Assembly: GCA_964016885.1 (NCBI GenBank)
Contig: OZ024742.1
Location: 65,410,001-65,474,000, forward strand
Length of the DNA stretch: 64,000 nucleotides
Direction of reading: 5' to 3'
DNA from: Eledone cirrhosa
Lineage: Eukaryota
Positions within the stretch are counted from its first letter, which is position 1; each line of letters starts with the position of its first letter. Positions 1-12,764 of the stretch are shown piece by piece. Both the position numbers and the translations under genes were made by a program. Below the pieces are notes generated by a model that worked only from the letters and a program-made list of their open reading frames with translations, ran no database searches and had not been told where the DNA came from.

Positions 1-25
1 TTACATGTATATATACATATATATA

Positions 26-52
26 TTAGCTTAGACCCGTAAAAATTACGGG
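26..52 (-). mobile_element. Possible Helitron-type 3' terminus
   Basis: Hairpin CCCGTAA-aaa-TTACGGG (36-52). On the minus strand it is followed by ...TCTAAGCTAAT, one mismatch from CTAG|T. The 5' end was not located. Confidence 0.3.
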
Positions 53-1255
53 AATTAAAGTAAAAAAACGTGTTTAATTGAATAATGGCTTGTTGACAAC
101 ATTCTATGTAAAGATGCATGAATACCAGAGGTTTTCTTTACCTTTCCCTCTTGTCATTCCGGTTATCACCGTATTGCATTTTACATCCATTTGCATATTT
201 TACATCCGGTCATGCGCATTTTCTTATATAATCATTATCAAACACATATATTCATTAAATTACAATTACTTTGTTCTTTTACCTATGTATCTGTTTATCT
301 TTGGACTGCTACTAGGATTCGTGCTTTGTTATTATTGCTGTTGTCTGAAGATAGCTACATTGGTAAATATACATATATAGACATACGAAGAGCTAGACAG
401 ATAGATATACTGACAGGTAAGTAGATAGATAAATAGGCAGATAGGGAGGTAGACAGGTAGAAAATTCTCACGACTAATCAATTTATTTTATTTCATCTAC
501 TGTTTATACTCAATAGGTGTCGATGCAGACAACACTAGTTTCATCAACTTCTATTGCTTCATTTTATTTAACGTATGTAGGAGTGTCTGCTCGGTCAACC
601 AAATAATCAATTTATCCGTGACAGAACCAGGAAACTTTTCACAGATGATAATACACACTCACACGTATGCATGTGAAATAAGTTTAGTTTATTTAGAGCA
701 AACATAATCTTTCTCAGTTGTAAACTTCAATATATTTAACACCAGCCTGCCCCAAACTGCTTCCTGTTTTATGAAACAAAACCACCCGTTTTAGAAGATT
801 CCTATTTAAATTAAAACCTTTGAACATATTTTTAACATAACGTTTTGTTAAGCGCTGTTATAGATACCAATTTAATTATAAAATAATCAATAAATTTAGG
901 AAAACCATCCAGATTCTTTATTAATAAATTTACATACAGTGTAAAGGGATACAATTTAAATTTAGCTGGGCTAAAATTATAACACCAACTGAAGATATAC
1001 AATATTGTTATTATATGATTATATTGTGAAATATGTATTTTTCGTTTTATTTTTCGTTTTTATTAGTTCCAGTTATTTATTTCAATTAGGCACTTGTTTT
1101 ACCAATCTTTATTTGTCGCTCCGCTAAGTTACGAGAGACAAAAGAACACAACATATATATAGAAACACAAACACATGTAAAAACATACACATATAAACGT
1201 ATGTGTATATTTGTGAATAGAGTAAGAGACACGATTCACAACAAAGCTTGAGTGG

Positions 1256-1344
<89 letters not shown>

Positions 1345-1350
<6 letters not shown>

Positions 1351-1497
1351 AAAGGTAAACAGAAATAACAACACAATCGGTACAGTATATGGAAGGAATA
1401 TTTTAGGTTAACGCTTGAAATAGCAGGAAGAGGGTCTTAACGTTTTGGTCTTAATAAGATAGATTGAAAGGGACGGGCGGGTTGGAATTGGAAAGCA
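1345..1497 (-). mobile_element. Penelope-type terminal fragment, ribozyme core deleted
   Basis: Reverse-complement homologue of 58380-58560. Retains AAACGTTAAGACCCTC but lacks the CTGATGA/stem II part. Abuts (TA)n 1262-1347. Confidence 0.7.
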
Positions 1498-1640
1498 GTG
1501 ACATATAGAGGTATTTAAGTTTCGTTGGGTTATAAACCTCAACACATTCAGATTGTTATAAAAAGAGGCTGAATCAGTTGATGTGTTTAACCCAAGTATC
1601 TGTATAAACCAAATATCTGTAACTTAAGTATCTGTATATG

Positions 1641-2024
1641 TCACTGTTGTAACTAATTAAACTTAACTCGTCCGATGGACTGAGTGCTCTTACCCTTGGA
1701 TATTTCTACCAAACTATTACTAGACTATATATATATATATATATATATAATATAAGATCAAAAGATGGTTAAAGGAGTTCCATGTATTTTATTATGCGCA
1801 TTTCAAAAACAAACATCATCATGCAATAATATTTGTGTTTTCATCAGATAAAACAGGAGAACATGATATGAAGGCCAAAAGACACTTGTGGATAGTGCAG
1901 TTTTAAATCAACATATCATGGATATTTTGATCTTATATTATGTATACTCCAGTCCTACAAACTGTAGAGTGCTTCTTATCCGATATCTGCATTGCTTTAT
2001 TGTACTACAATAAAACTCACCTCC

Positions 2025-2075
<51 letters not shown>

Positions 2076-2214
2076 AGATATATATTTAATATTTAGAAGC
2101 ACTGAAGCTTCTTGCATATATGTATAGACATACATATATATACATACATAAATGTATATGCATACACTTGGTTCACGAATTATTCTGAAACTCTATATCA
2201 AATTATTTGAACAT

Positions 2215-2298
<84 letters not shown>

Positions 2299-2306
2299 AT
2301 GGGTGG

Positions 2307-2344
<38 letters not shown>

Positions 2345-2620
2345 ACGTCGTTATTTCGCGATGAATGTTCAAATAGTTTGATACAGAGATTCAGATCAAT
2401 CCCAGAATAATCCGCAAACCAAGTGTATGCATATGTATACACATGTATGTATATATATGTATGTATATACATATGCATACATATATGCAAGAAGCTTTAG
2501 TGCCTCTAAATAAATAAATAATATATATATATATAGTCTAGTAATAGTTTGGTAGAAATATCCAAGGGTAAGATCACTCAGTCCATAGGACGAGTTAAGT
2601 ATAATTAGTTACAACAGTGA
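1641..2620. repeat. Nested inverted repeats (outer arms 1641-1727 / 2534-2620; inner arms about 2085-2216 / 2362-2512)
   Basis: Outer 87-bp arms are near-exact reverse complements and resemble 52383-52470. Inner arms are diverged and flank a (GT)n/(TA)n tract. Confidence 0.8.
1787..1853 (-). ncRNA. Type I hammerhead ribozyme motif
   Basis: Minus strand: TTTTAT-CTGATGA-(long AT-rich stem II)-GAAA-TGCGCA-TA-ATAAAA. Six-bp stem I, palindromic stem III, AUA cleavage triplet. Confidence 0.8.
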
Positions 2621-2624
2621 TGCA

Positions 2625-3110
2625 TCGTTTCATGCATACATCATCAAAAATGACAGCAAAATGCAGACGATTGGCGAGTCAGATTCTGATGACTTTGAGG
2701 ACAAGAGACCTGGAAACCATGTTGGTCCTCTGGGGGACTTTTGTCCTCAACTGACTGGACTATTGCTCTCAGCTGTGGTCACCCCGCAGTGTCAAATAAC
2801 TGCAGAACTTGAAGCAATCCAACGGCGCTACATCAAGACGATTGCGGTTCCATCGGATGCATCAAATATAAGGCTACATACTGCAATAGCTTGGGGTTCA
2901 GAGGGCCGTAGCTCTTTAATAAGTTGCCAAAACATCTGAGAGATCTACATCTCGACATTCTGTTGACCAGGATCCCGGATGAACCCACAACACTAGGCGA
3001 AGCGCAAATTAGGGTGGCAGCAACACACTCCCTTTTGCATCAGTGGCCATCCATGGAAAGCTGACTATAGAAAGTGTAGCCTCAATGGCGGTGCACTGGC
3101 TAGAACACGT
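2625..3110 (+). mobile_element. Decayed 3' end of a CR1/L2-group LINE ORF2
   Basis: Frameshifted translation ...RTRDLETMLVLW...LDYCSQLWSP...ELEAIQRRY...PDEPTT, typical of the RT C-terminal region of CR1/L2-group elements. Confidence 0.75.
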
Positions 3111-3117
3111 AATCGAG

Positions 3118-3153
<36 letters not shown>

Positions 3154-3340
3154 GATAGAGGGTGGGTGGTGGGATAGAGACTAGAAGGAGAATAAATTGA
3201 AGCTTGATAGAATCCTATGAATTTAGTGATAGGCAGTTTTCGCAAAAACATATACAATATTTAGTTTACAAATATTCATAAGATTGTGTGTTGGGAATTG
3301 ATGGTTCGATTATAGCCCCTTTTCATAGATCGAAATAACA

Positions 3341-3376
<36 letters not shown>

Positions 3377-4269
3377 CATGTGTGATTTGTTTAGTGTTCT
3401 CACCCCATCCAGTTAGTGATCGATCTTACATGACTAACAATCTACAATTTATTCATCGCACTCTTCACAAAACTTTACTTCATCCACATCAACTCACACG
3501 CACACAAATTTAGTCATACGCACTCAAACGAACACGCTTAAGTTCTATCGACCGTTTACCAATGGGTCCCGCCGTAACGGTAGGCGCCAATGTATATTTA
3601 TTAGAGAAAATAATTAAAACGAAAATATACGAGAAGACATGAAAATATATTTTCATAAAAGTCGGCAGACAATTTATTTAACACGTCAGCCATTTTAATA
3701 ACACATGAAACACTGGACGCAGACAGCAAATAGTAATAACTTGTGTAGAAGAAAAATAGGGAAAAAGCTCTCATAATTTACAAGGGAAGAAGAAACGAGA
3801 AAAGAAAGTTTAAAAGATGTTTTCATCTCTGGAATGGAAGTATATATATATACTGTGCGTGTGTATATAAATAAAGCGGTTGATTTAAGAAATATTGGGA
3901 AAATATGAAATGTGTTCGTTTCAACGCAAGTGATTTTAACAATAGTCAACAAAAGTGACAATAATTGTTGAGAACATCGGTCAAAGTACTCTCTACCAAT
4001 TTTCGCCAAGAATGAAGTTGTGTATAGTGGAGCGATTTGATCATAATCCGTTCTGGCTTGTTCTGGGTGAGGTCTGATACATTACAGTAGCAACTTGTAA
4101 ATGTTCGCAGAGATTACTGATAAATTTATACCTCTATTATTTCCTCTCATGCCAAAGTTACCCTTTTCCAGAATTGGAACATGCTGTTTTTCACCCATAT
4201 GTTTGGTTTGCCTTTGTGTAGTGTCTTGTCTCTTAATCAGCCACCAGGTAAGGACATCATTGCCTTAAA

Positions 4270-4510
4270 AGTGTACAGACTAAAAGAGGTAAAAGATTTC
4301 AAGTATCTTAGAGCCTGGATACAAACTCGGTGAAGGATATTAATACTCATATATTTCAAGCTTGGTCAGCTTCTAACAAAATGGTAACAATATGAAAATT
4401 AAATGTAAATCGATAACTGAAGTTTAAATTCTTCAGACCAACAATACAGAGTGAGCTGATGTATGGTGCCGAAATATGGATATTAACAAAGGTCCTCCAA
4501 AATCGGTTGC
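4270..4510 (+). mobile_element. RTE-clade LINE reverse transcriptase fragment
   Basis: LKEVKDFKYL...AWSASNKM...ELMYGAEIWILTK with stops; matches the RTE FxYLG and LLYGAETW motifs. Confidence 0.75.
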
Positions 4511-5779
4511 CATTAAGTTGTTGAGATATATGCATTTCCAAAATGTTATTCTTGTGGGAAATTAAGAAATTATTATTGCATTTAAGGCAGTTAATAGCAG
4601 AATTGATAGTACCACGCTAACTCTTTTGTTATATATTTTTAGTTCAAATGCACCGATGTCTTCTTTGCTTTTTATCCATCTTTGGTCGATGAATTAAATA
4701 TCAGTCATATACAGGAGTCGACCCAGTCTACTATATCTATCCCCATCAAATTCTGGTATTGAGTGCATGTTAGACATCATCATCATCGCCACCATCGTCA
4801 TTAGTTCTCCAACAATCTTCGAAACTGTGTGAGAAATCATTATCTTACCAAACAACAGAAGCGAAAGCAAATATTTCCGCGCAAACAATCAATTATTTGT
4901 TTTGGCTGCCATTTTGTTTTTCAGATTTATTACTTAATTGTTTACAAGGGATTTAGTAAAGAATTCCGCTTTGGCGTCGTTGAGACTTAATAATTTGCTT
5001 GGCAAGCTTTTGATGTTTGTTTCAGACGGTTGAAGTTGTGACTGGGCAGCTTGTATATTGATATATCGTTATCATAAAGACTTCGAGGTAAGCGTTATTG
5101 GAAAATGGAAAGTCTTAACTTACAGAATATTTGAATCAGTATTAAATGCGATATTGACTGTTTTAATATAATCACATTTAGAAATAGTGGCAATTGCGGA
5201 TCTTACTGACATATTAGTTAGATTCTAAGTTGTGAAAATCTGCGAGTACCACAATCTTAAGCATTAATATTTGGAAAAAGTTTGATTGTTTCACTCTATG
5301 TTGGCCCTGAGGCAGCTGACTTCTGATGAAAAGCATTTCAGTATATATTTTGGCACTTCAGTTTGTTGCCAACCATCCGAATTACTTGCCTTAAAAACTA
5401 TGATGAGTAATTTGAGGTAAATTCACTGCTATTTTAGTTGGTTGGGCAGCAATGTAGAAGGTTCATCTTTCGCTCACAAGTTCTTTCTTTGGTTTCTTCT
5501 TATTTATTTATTTAATATATAAGGTGTGGTAAATTGCAAAAATCGGGAGAGTGCCGGATAAAATGCCTTGCTCTATTTAGTTACGTTTCTAAGTAATGAG
5601 CTTAGATGTTGTCGAAGTCAACCTTGCTTTTCCCCCAAATAAGTACCAGCCAAAATAATGGTGTTGATCCAAGTACCACTCAAGTACGATGCCATGAGTA
5701 ACGGCACTATCTTAATTATATATCAATACATTTTTCACAAGTAGTTTTAAACAACAGACTCTCTTTGTAGAACGAGTGA

Positions 5780-6130
5780 AGTAAACATTCCTGAGAAGTT
5801 GGCCAAACAAAACTAGGTGACCTTATTTATGAGCCCATCACAGCAAACACTCATCCATGTAGAGGTGCTACTTCTCCTTATCACAGCTCTGGTACTACGG
5901 ACATGCGATTAGAATGTCTATGGAAAGATGTTACGTGCAAAGCCAAACGACAGGAAACGGCAGGTAGACGACAAGCAAGACGATTGGATAACATCCATAA
6001 GCTTGGTTTATCTCGCTGGGGGATCTAGTCAGGTCATTTGTAAATTATTTCTTCTGATAGGACATCTTGAAAGATGTGTCTGAATATTCTGGTCCCCCGA
6101 CCCTTTCACGAAGAAGATCTTCAGAGTAAT
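5780..6130 (+). mobile_element. RTE-clade LINE 3' fragment
   Basis: QLWYYGHAIRM, an R-rich segment, and terminal ...CLNILVPRP, resembling RTE/Expander C-termini. Confidence 0.6.
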
Positions 6131-6255
6131 ATTTTTACCAACGAATGGGTGACAGAGGCAATGAAGAATACGATTCTCTTTACTGGTATCAACGTGAATC
6201 AACTGAATGTTTCAAAGGAGGAGAGAAAGAGACTATTGAATCGACACGCATACAA

Positions 6256-6864
6256 ACCTAAGATGGCTGAGTGCTTAAGGAGTTCGCTTCGCAAACAAGT
6301 TGTTCTAGATTCAGTCCCGTTGTGTGGCCCCGTGGGCATGTGACCTAAGATGGCTGAGTGCTTAAGGAGTTCGCTTCGCAAACAAGTTGTTCTAGATTCA
6401 GTCCCGTTGTGTGGCCCCGTGGGCATGTGACCTAAGATGGCTGAGTGCTTAAGGAGTTCGCTTCGCAAACAAGTTGTTCTAGATTCAGTCCCATTGTGTG
6501 GCCCCGTGGGCATGTGACCTAAGATGGCTGAGTGCTTAAGGAGTTCGCTTCGCAAACAAGTTGTTCTAGATTCAGTCCCGTTGTGTGGCCCCGTGGGCAT
6601 GTGACCTAAGATGGCTGAGTGCTTAAGGAGTTCGCTTCGCAAACAAGTTGTTCTAGATTCAGTCCCGTTGTGTAGCCCCGTGGGCATGTGACCTAAGATG
6701 GCTGAGTGCTTAAGGAGTTCGCTTCGCAAACAAGTTGTTCTAGATTCAGTCCCGTTGTGTGGCCCCGTGGGCATGTGACCTAAGATGGCTGAGTGCTTAA
6801 GGAGTTCGCTTCGCAAACAAGTTGTTCTAGATTCAGTCCCGTTGTGTGTCCCCGTGGGCATGTG
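6256..6864 (+). repeat. Tandem array of 7 x 87 bp, derived from a tRNA-like SINE head
   Basis: Units start at 6256, 6343 ... 6778 and are nearly identical. Each has A-box-like TGGCTGAGTGCTTAAGG and B-box-like GATTCAGTCCC. Confidence 0.9.
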
Positions 6865-6979
6865 TCTTTGACTAGCCTCAGGTTGACCAAATCCTAGTCA
6901 GTGGAAATCGGTAGATGGAAACTGCAGATACACATTATGTGTGTGTGTGTATGTGTATGTGTGTGTGTATGTGTGTGTG

Positions 6980-7031
<52 letters not shown>

Positions 7032-7240
7032 TATGTGTGTGTATATATATATATGAGTGTGTGTGTGTGTGTATGAGTTTATATTTGTTTCTGTCTGTGT
7101 CTGTGCTCCGTAACTTAACGGTTCAACAAAAAGAGATGAATAAAATAAGTATTGGGGTCAATATGATCAACAAAATGAAATCGGTGCCCCAGCATGACCG
7201 CAGTCTACTGACTGAAGTAAGTAAAAGAATAAAAAAAACA
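6778..7240 (+). mobile_element. tRNA-derived SINE with internal (GT)n
   Basis: The last array unit continues into a SINE body (GGTAGATGGAAACTG), a GT microsatellite and the tail GGTGCCCCAGCATGACCGCAGTC...GTAAAAGAATAAAA. Confidence 0.75.
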
Positions 7241-7499
7241 TGAGAAAGTATATCCCGTTATAACAACGTCACATTGTAGACATATGGGCCAGCGAAGTAG
7301 AGTGTTGTAAGTACGTCACTAGGAGGAATTTAAATCAGGAAACTAATATGAGGATTGGTTTCCAAATATCTCATATATTTCGATTGATGATATTATTTCT
7401 GATAGTGTATTCAAATTCCATAGAGTAAAATATAGAGACATGTCTCTCTATCTCTCCCCTCCACTCGCATATCAGAGAGAGAGTGAGAGATAGAGAGAG

Positions 7500-7544
<45 letters not shown>

Positions 7545-7935
7545 TAGAGAGAGAGGGTGGAGGTAAAATACCTCATCCAGCAGACCCAGAACGAAATGTG
7601 TGCAAGCTATAGACAACCAGGACTACATTAAACAATGTCTTGCGATATTTTTAGCAGGTTAAGCGATGTGATTAATATTAGAGTTGAATTGCAATTGCAT
7701 CAGAAGGTGCGGAAGCATCTGTGCTGATAAAAATACATGGGTATGCAACTTATATTAAATTACTGCTTTGGTGATAAGGCAGGATTTTCGTATTGGTTTC
7801 AGAGATGTTACAAGCAGGCAGATTTAATTTTGAATAGGAAATTTCACCCATAGAAAAAAACCTTTAACACCCCCGATGCAGAGGCAGTTACCCTGCCATC
7901 ACCATAATATTTACACTCTCTACTTTTCGTGTATA

Positions 7936-8468
<533 letters not shown>

Positions 8469-8935
8469 ATATATATATATATATAATATAAACACATCGT
8501 TAACTTGTTGCACATTTTACATGTTTAGTCTGTTGTCTATTTCAAGTAATATGTTTCAACGTATTTATCTGTTTTTGTTAAAAGTCAGCCGTAAATTTTC
8601 TTGTCCATTCTTTGTTTTGTTATCATCTCATAAACAGTTTACTAACAGAGTGGTTCTGCAATAAATTGTACAAACTGGCATTATAAGTGCAATACCATTA
8701 CTTAATGCTTAATAGCATTACCTAATTTAATGTGCACGGCAGTTCCATTTCGACTGTTGCTAGTAGATGGAGTAGCAGAAACTAATACGGGGGTCAGAAA
8801 TTTTAATTTTCTATCCACACAAAATCGTTTTTCTCACTATTTAATGTCCACTCTAATTTACCTGGGTTGGTATCTTAATGATACTGACTTAATTAAATTA
8901 TTGAGTTAGTGGGAAAACGATCGAAGGGGTATCAG

Positions 8936-9116
8936 TGGATTGGCAGCATCGGTAGAGGGTCGGACACCACGCTTTGACGCATAGAGTTACGGCCCTTGCC
9001 CTTCTGAGTTCAAATCCCGCCGAGGTTAACTTTGCCTTTCATCCTTACGGGGTCGATAAAATAAAGAACCAATAATGCACTGGGATAATTGCTGGCCTTG
9101 TGCCCAAAATAGAAAC

Positions 9117-9120
<4 letters not shown>
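8936..9120 (+). mobile_element. tRNA-derived SINE (young ~185-bp family)
   Basis: TGGCAGCATCGGTAGAG A-box-like motif, GTTCAAATCCC B box, conserved body GCCTTTCATCCTTACGGGGTCGATAAAATAAAG; at least 9 further copies in the window. Confidence 0.9.
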
Positions 9121-9164
<44 letters not shown>

Positions 9165-9169
<5 letters not shown>

Positions 9170-9600
9170 TAGTTATATTTGGGGAGGGTCATATTGTTAT
9201 AATATTGCCAGAAATAATAATAGAACACACTCATTGTTTGGTTTGGGTTGGTTTTCCCTTCTGTATCTTTTATATCTCTATAGTTAATTTATCTGTTCAT
9301 CATTGATTGACCTACGGTTAAAAATACAGATATAAATATATATGGCCCCAGGACGGCTGGAACAGGTAAAAGAGAATATAGTCTATCAGTTCTTTCGTCA
9401 CACATCTGTGACATCATCAGTGGTACTATTATATTTCCTCCCGTTGTATTGTAATGCCTACACCATTTTTATGATACAGAAGCGAAAACCAACCCTAACC
9501 AAACAGTGAGTGTGTTCTATTATTAATTTGGCAATATTATAACAATATCACCCTCCCGAAATATAACAATATTTGTTTCAACACACGATTTCATATAAAA
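9165..9600. mobile_element. Penelope-type terminal element with inverted arms (about 9168-9267 / 9472-9572) and a degenerate hammerhead on the minus strand (about 9385-9425)
   Basis: Minus strand: CTGATGA-t-GTCACA-gatg-TGTGAC-GAAA, but stems I and III are poor. A related copy lies at 56830-57185. Confidence 0.6.
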
Positions 9601-9704
9601 AACCTTGCAACACACACATATATATATATATATAAATATATACATTCTTCCATATATTCCAACTTGGCTGACAAGAACACGAAATTTCTCGCCTCTCTAT
9701 ATTT

Positions 9705-9741
<37 letters not shown>

Positions 9742-10658
9742 TCAAGATTATTTTCATTTTCCTCTCTCGCACAAACACCTCTTATCTCTTTTTCTATCTT
9801 CTGCTTTTCTCTTTATCTCTTTTTCTATCTTCGGACTTATTGAGCTCGCAGAGAGGCTGCATCTCGCTGGCATACACGTCTGCATTTTACAGAGTGTACT
9901 GGGTGCATATTATCGTGGTACCAGCACTAGGGAGATTGCCATATATTTGACATAACTAAAGAGTTCTATATATCCACATTGGCAAACACAAATACACACA
10001 TGCGCAGATGTATACATATATACGTAATACAAACCTATCCAATCCAGGGCATTCTCACTCCTATTGGAGGAGCACCTCTCTGGTTGACCTCCACCGCTTT
10101 CTTTGATTTTGCGCTTGTCAGGGATGTTGCGTACTCACCACACATGACCAATTGCGGGGTGGCGAGGCTATTTAACCCATAGTTGGGGTGAATGACCGTT
10201 GACTCTGAGGATTCATCCGCTCTTTTAACAGCTCTAATCTTTTGTACTGTTGGTGTTCCACTCATCCCCTTAACAGACCAGGGACTTGTGGGGAAGCTGC
10301 TTTAGTTGCCGGCCACTCGACTATGAAGTAGGTTATACTGGGTTACATAGTACCAGTAGCAATCAGAAGACTGACCTGACAAAAACCTATACACATACAT
10401 GACAAAGTATATCTCGTGACAACAATGGCACATTATAGATATGTGACCTGTACAATAAAGTGTAGTAAGTACCTTAAGGAGGGCGTCATTCAGGAAACTA
10501 ATATAAGCATTGGTTTCCAAGTAGTTTTTATATTTCGAATGATGGTACTGCTACGGTTGCTATGTTCAGATCTCATTGAGTAAAATATAGAGGCATATCC
10601 AACCACACGCAGATCTATATATATGTAGGACAACAGTGCACATCTCTCTCTCTTTCTT

Positions 10659-10806
<148 letters not shown>

Positions 10807-10907
10807 AGTATTCAGCGAGGATTGGACAAACGATACATGCTTTGTATTAATTTAACAAAAGAAAACTTTAGTGTTAATGGTGACATGAAACAAAATTATC
10901 GGCATGT

Positions 10908-11781
<874 letters not shown>

Positions 11782-12388
11782 GGTGGCTGCCAACTCGTTT
11801 TCGAGTACGGCCACTACTTTATATCCATGTAGGAGAACCCCTACCGATGCGCTGAACGAGTGCGACTTTTTAGTCCAGCCAGCGACTTGAAAACTCGGTA
11901 CAAACACTACACTTGTGACAATTATTGACACAGTGCTGGGCCCATGGTACCATGTGACGGCAAGTGCAGAGAGATCTCCAGATATAAAGCAATGCCTGTG
12001 CCGTGAAGCTTTTATAGTGAGCAAAGGCACTGCACAAAGCCAGTCCCACTCTCTTAACCAAGATGATATTTACCAAAAAGAAGAACAAGTCAACATCATT
12101 GGATACCATCGGGGTTGCAGGTGTTATATCAGAGTTTTCCTTCTCCTAGAATTCTGCCTTGACAAAGGCTAAGGGGTCATCTCTCCCAGTAATTTTGGAT
12201 GGCCATTGACTCTTAAGAGCTCCTTTGCCCTTTGACAGGTTTTGTTTTTAGTCCTGCAGGATGTCCAAAGTCACCCTCCTCACCAAGAAACCTTGGTGGG
12301 GTTGCCAGTTTAGTCGCCAACGACCCGACCATGAAACAGGTTGTACTGGGATACATGTTACCAGTAGCACCAAGTGGTGACCTGACAT
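11782..12388 (-). mobile_element. Short non-autonomous RTE-derived element (5'UTR-like part plus 3' zinc-finger tail)
   Basis: The 3' part encodes [17 protein letters not shown] (C2H2-like RTE end) and is near-identical to 35141-35290. The 5' part has CTAGGAGAAGGAAAACTCTG, resembling RTE 5'UTRs, and a diverged copy at 10290-10381. (TA)n on both sides. Confidence 0.6.
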
Positions 12389-12448
<60 letters not shown>

Positions 12449-12449
12449 C

Positions 12450-12564
<115 letters not shown>

Positions 12565-12717
12565 CAAGATGTATGGTAGGTCGTACGTGAATCGCGATGA
12601 TCACGCCTGACCTACCAAATATGCGACGGTAGCTAGTTAAGCTCTATGCGTATAAGCAGAGCAGAAATATTAATGAAAAAGAACAAAGGAACTATTATGA
12701 CATTATAACAAGTTTAT

Positions 12718-12764
12718 TGCCGACAGCCGTTTCGTCCGACCACATGATGGGACTTTTCAAGGCA
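12718..12764 (-). ncRNA. Type I hammerhead ribozyme motif, U3-A8 core variant
   Basis: Minus strand: TGCC-TTGAAAA-GTCC..GGAC-GAAA-CGGCTG-TC-GGCA. Confidence 0.8.

Noticed and set aside
6060-6343. Exon after apparent acceptor TTCTGATAG
   Set aside because: The sequence is the C-terminal tail of the decayed RTE running into the SINE array.
6199-6861. 220-aa repeat protein ORF
   Set aside because: By-product of the 87-bp (3n) tandem unit lacking stops in one frame.
8936-9020. tRNA genes at A/B-box motifs
   Set aside because: No complete cloverleaf; they continue into SINE bodies and tails.
12250-12388. HDV-like ribozyme in the RTE-type 5'UTR
   Set aside because: Could not identify the nested double pseudoknot by eye; needs a descriptor search.
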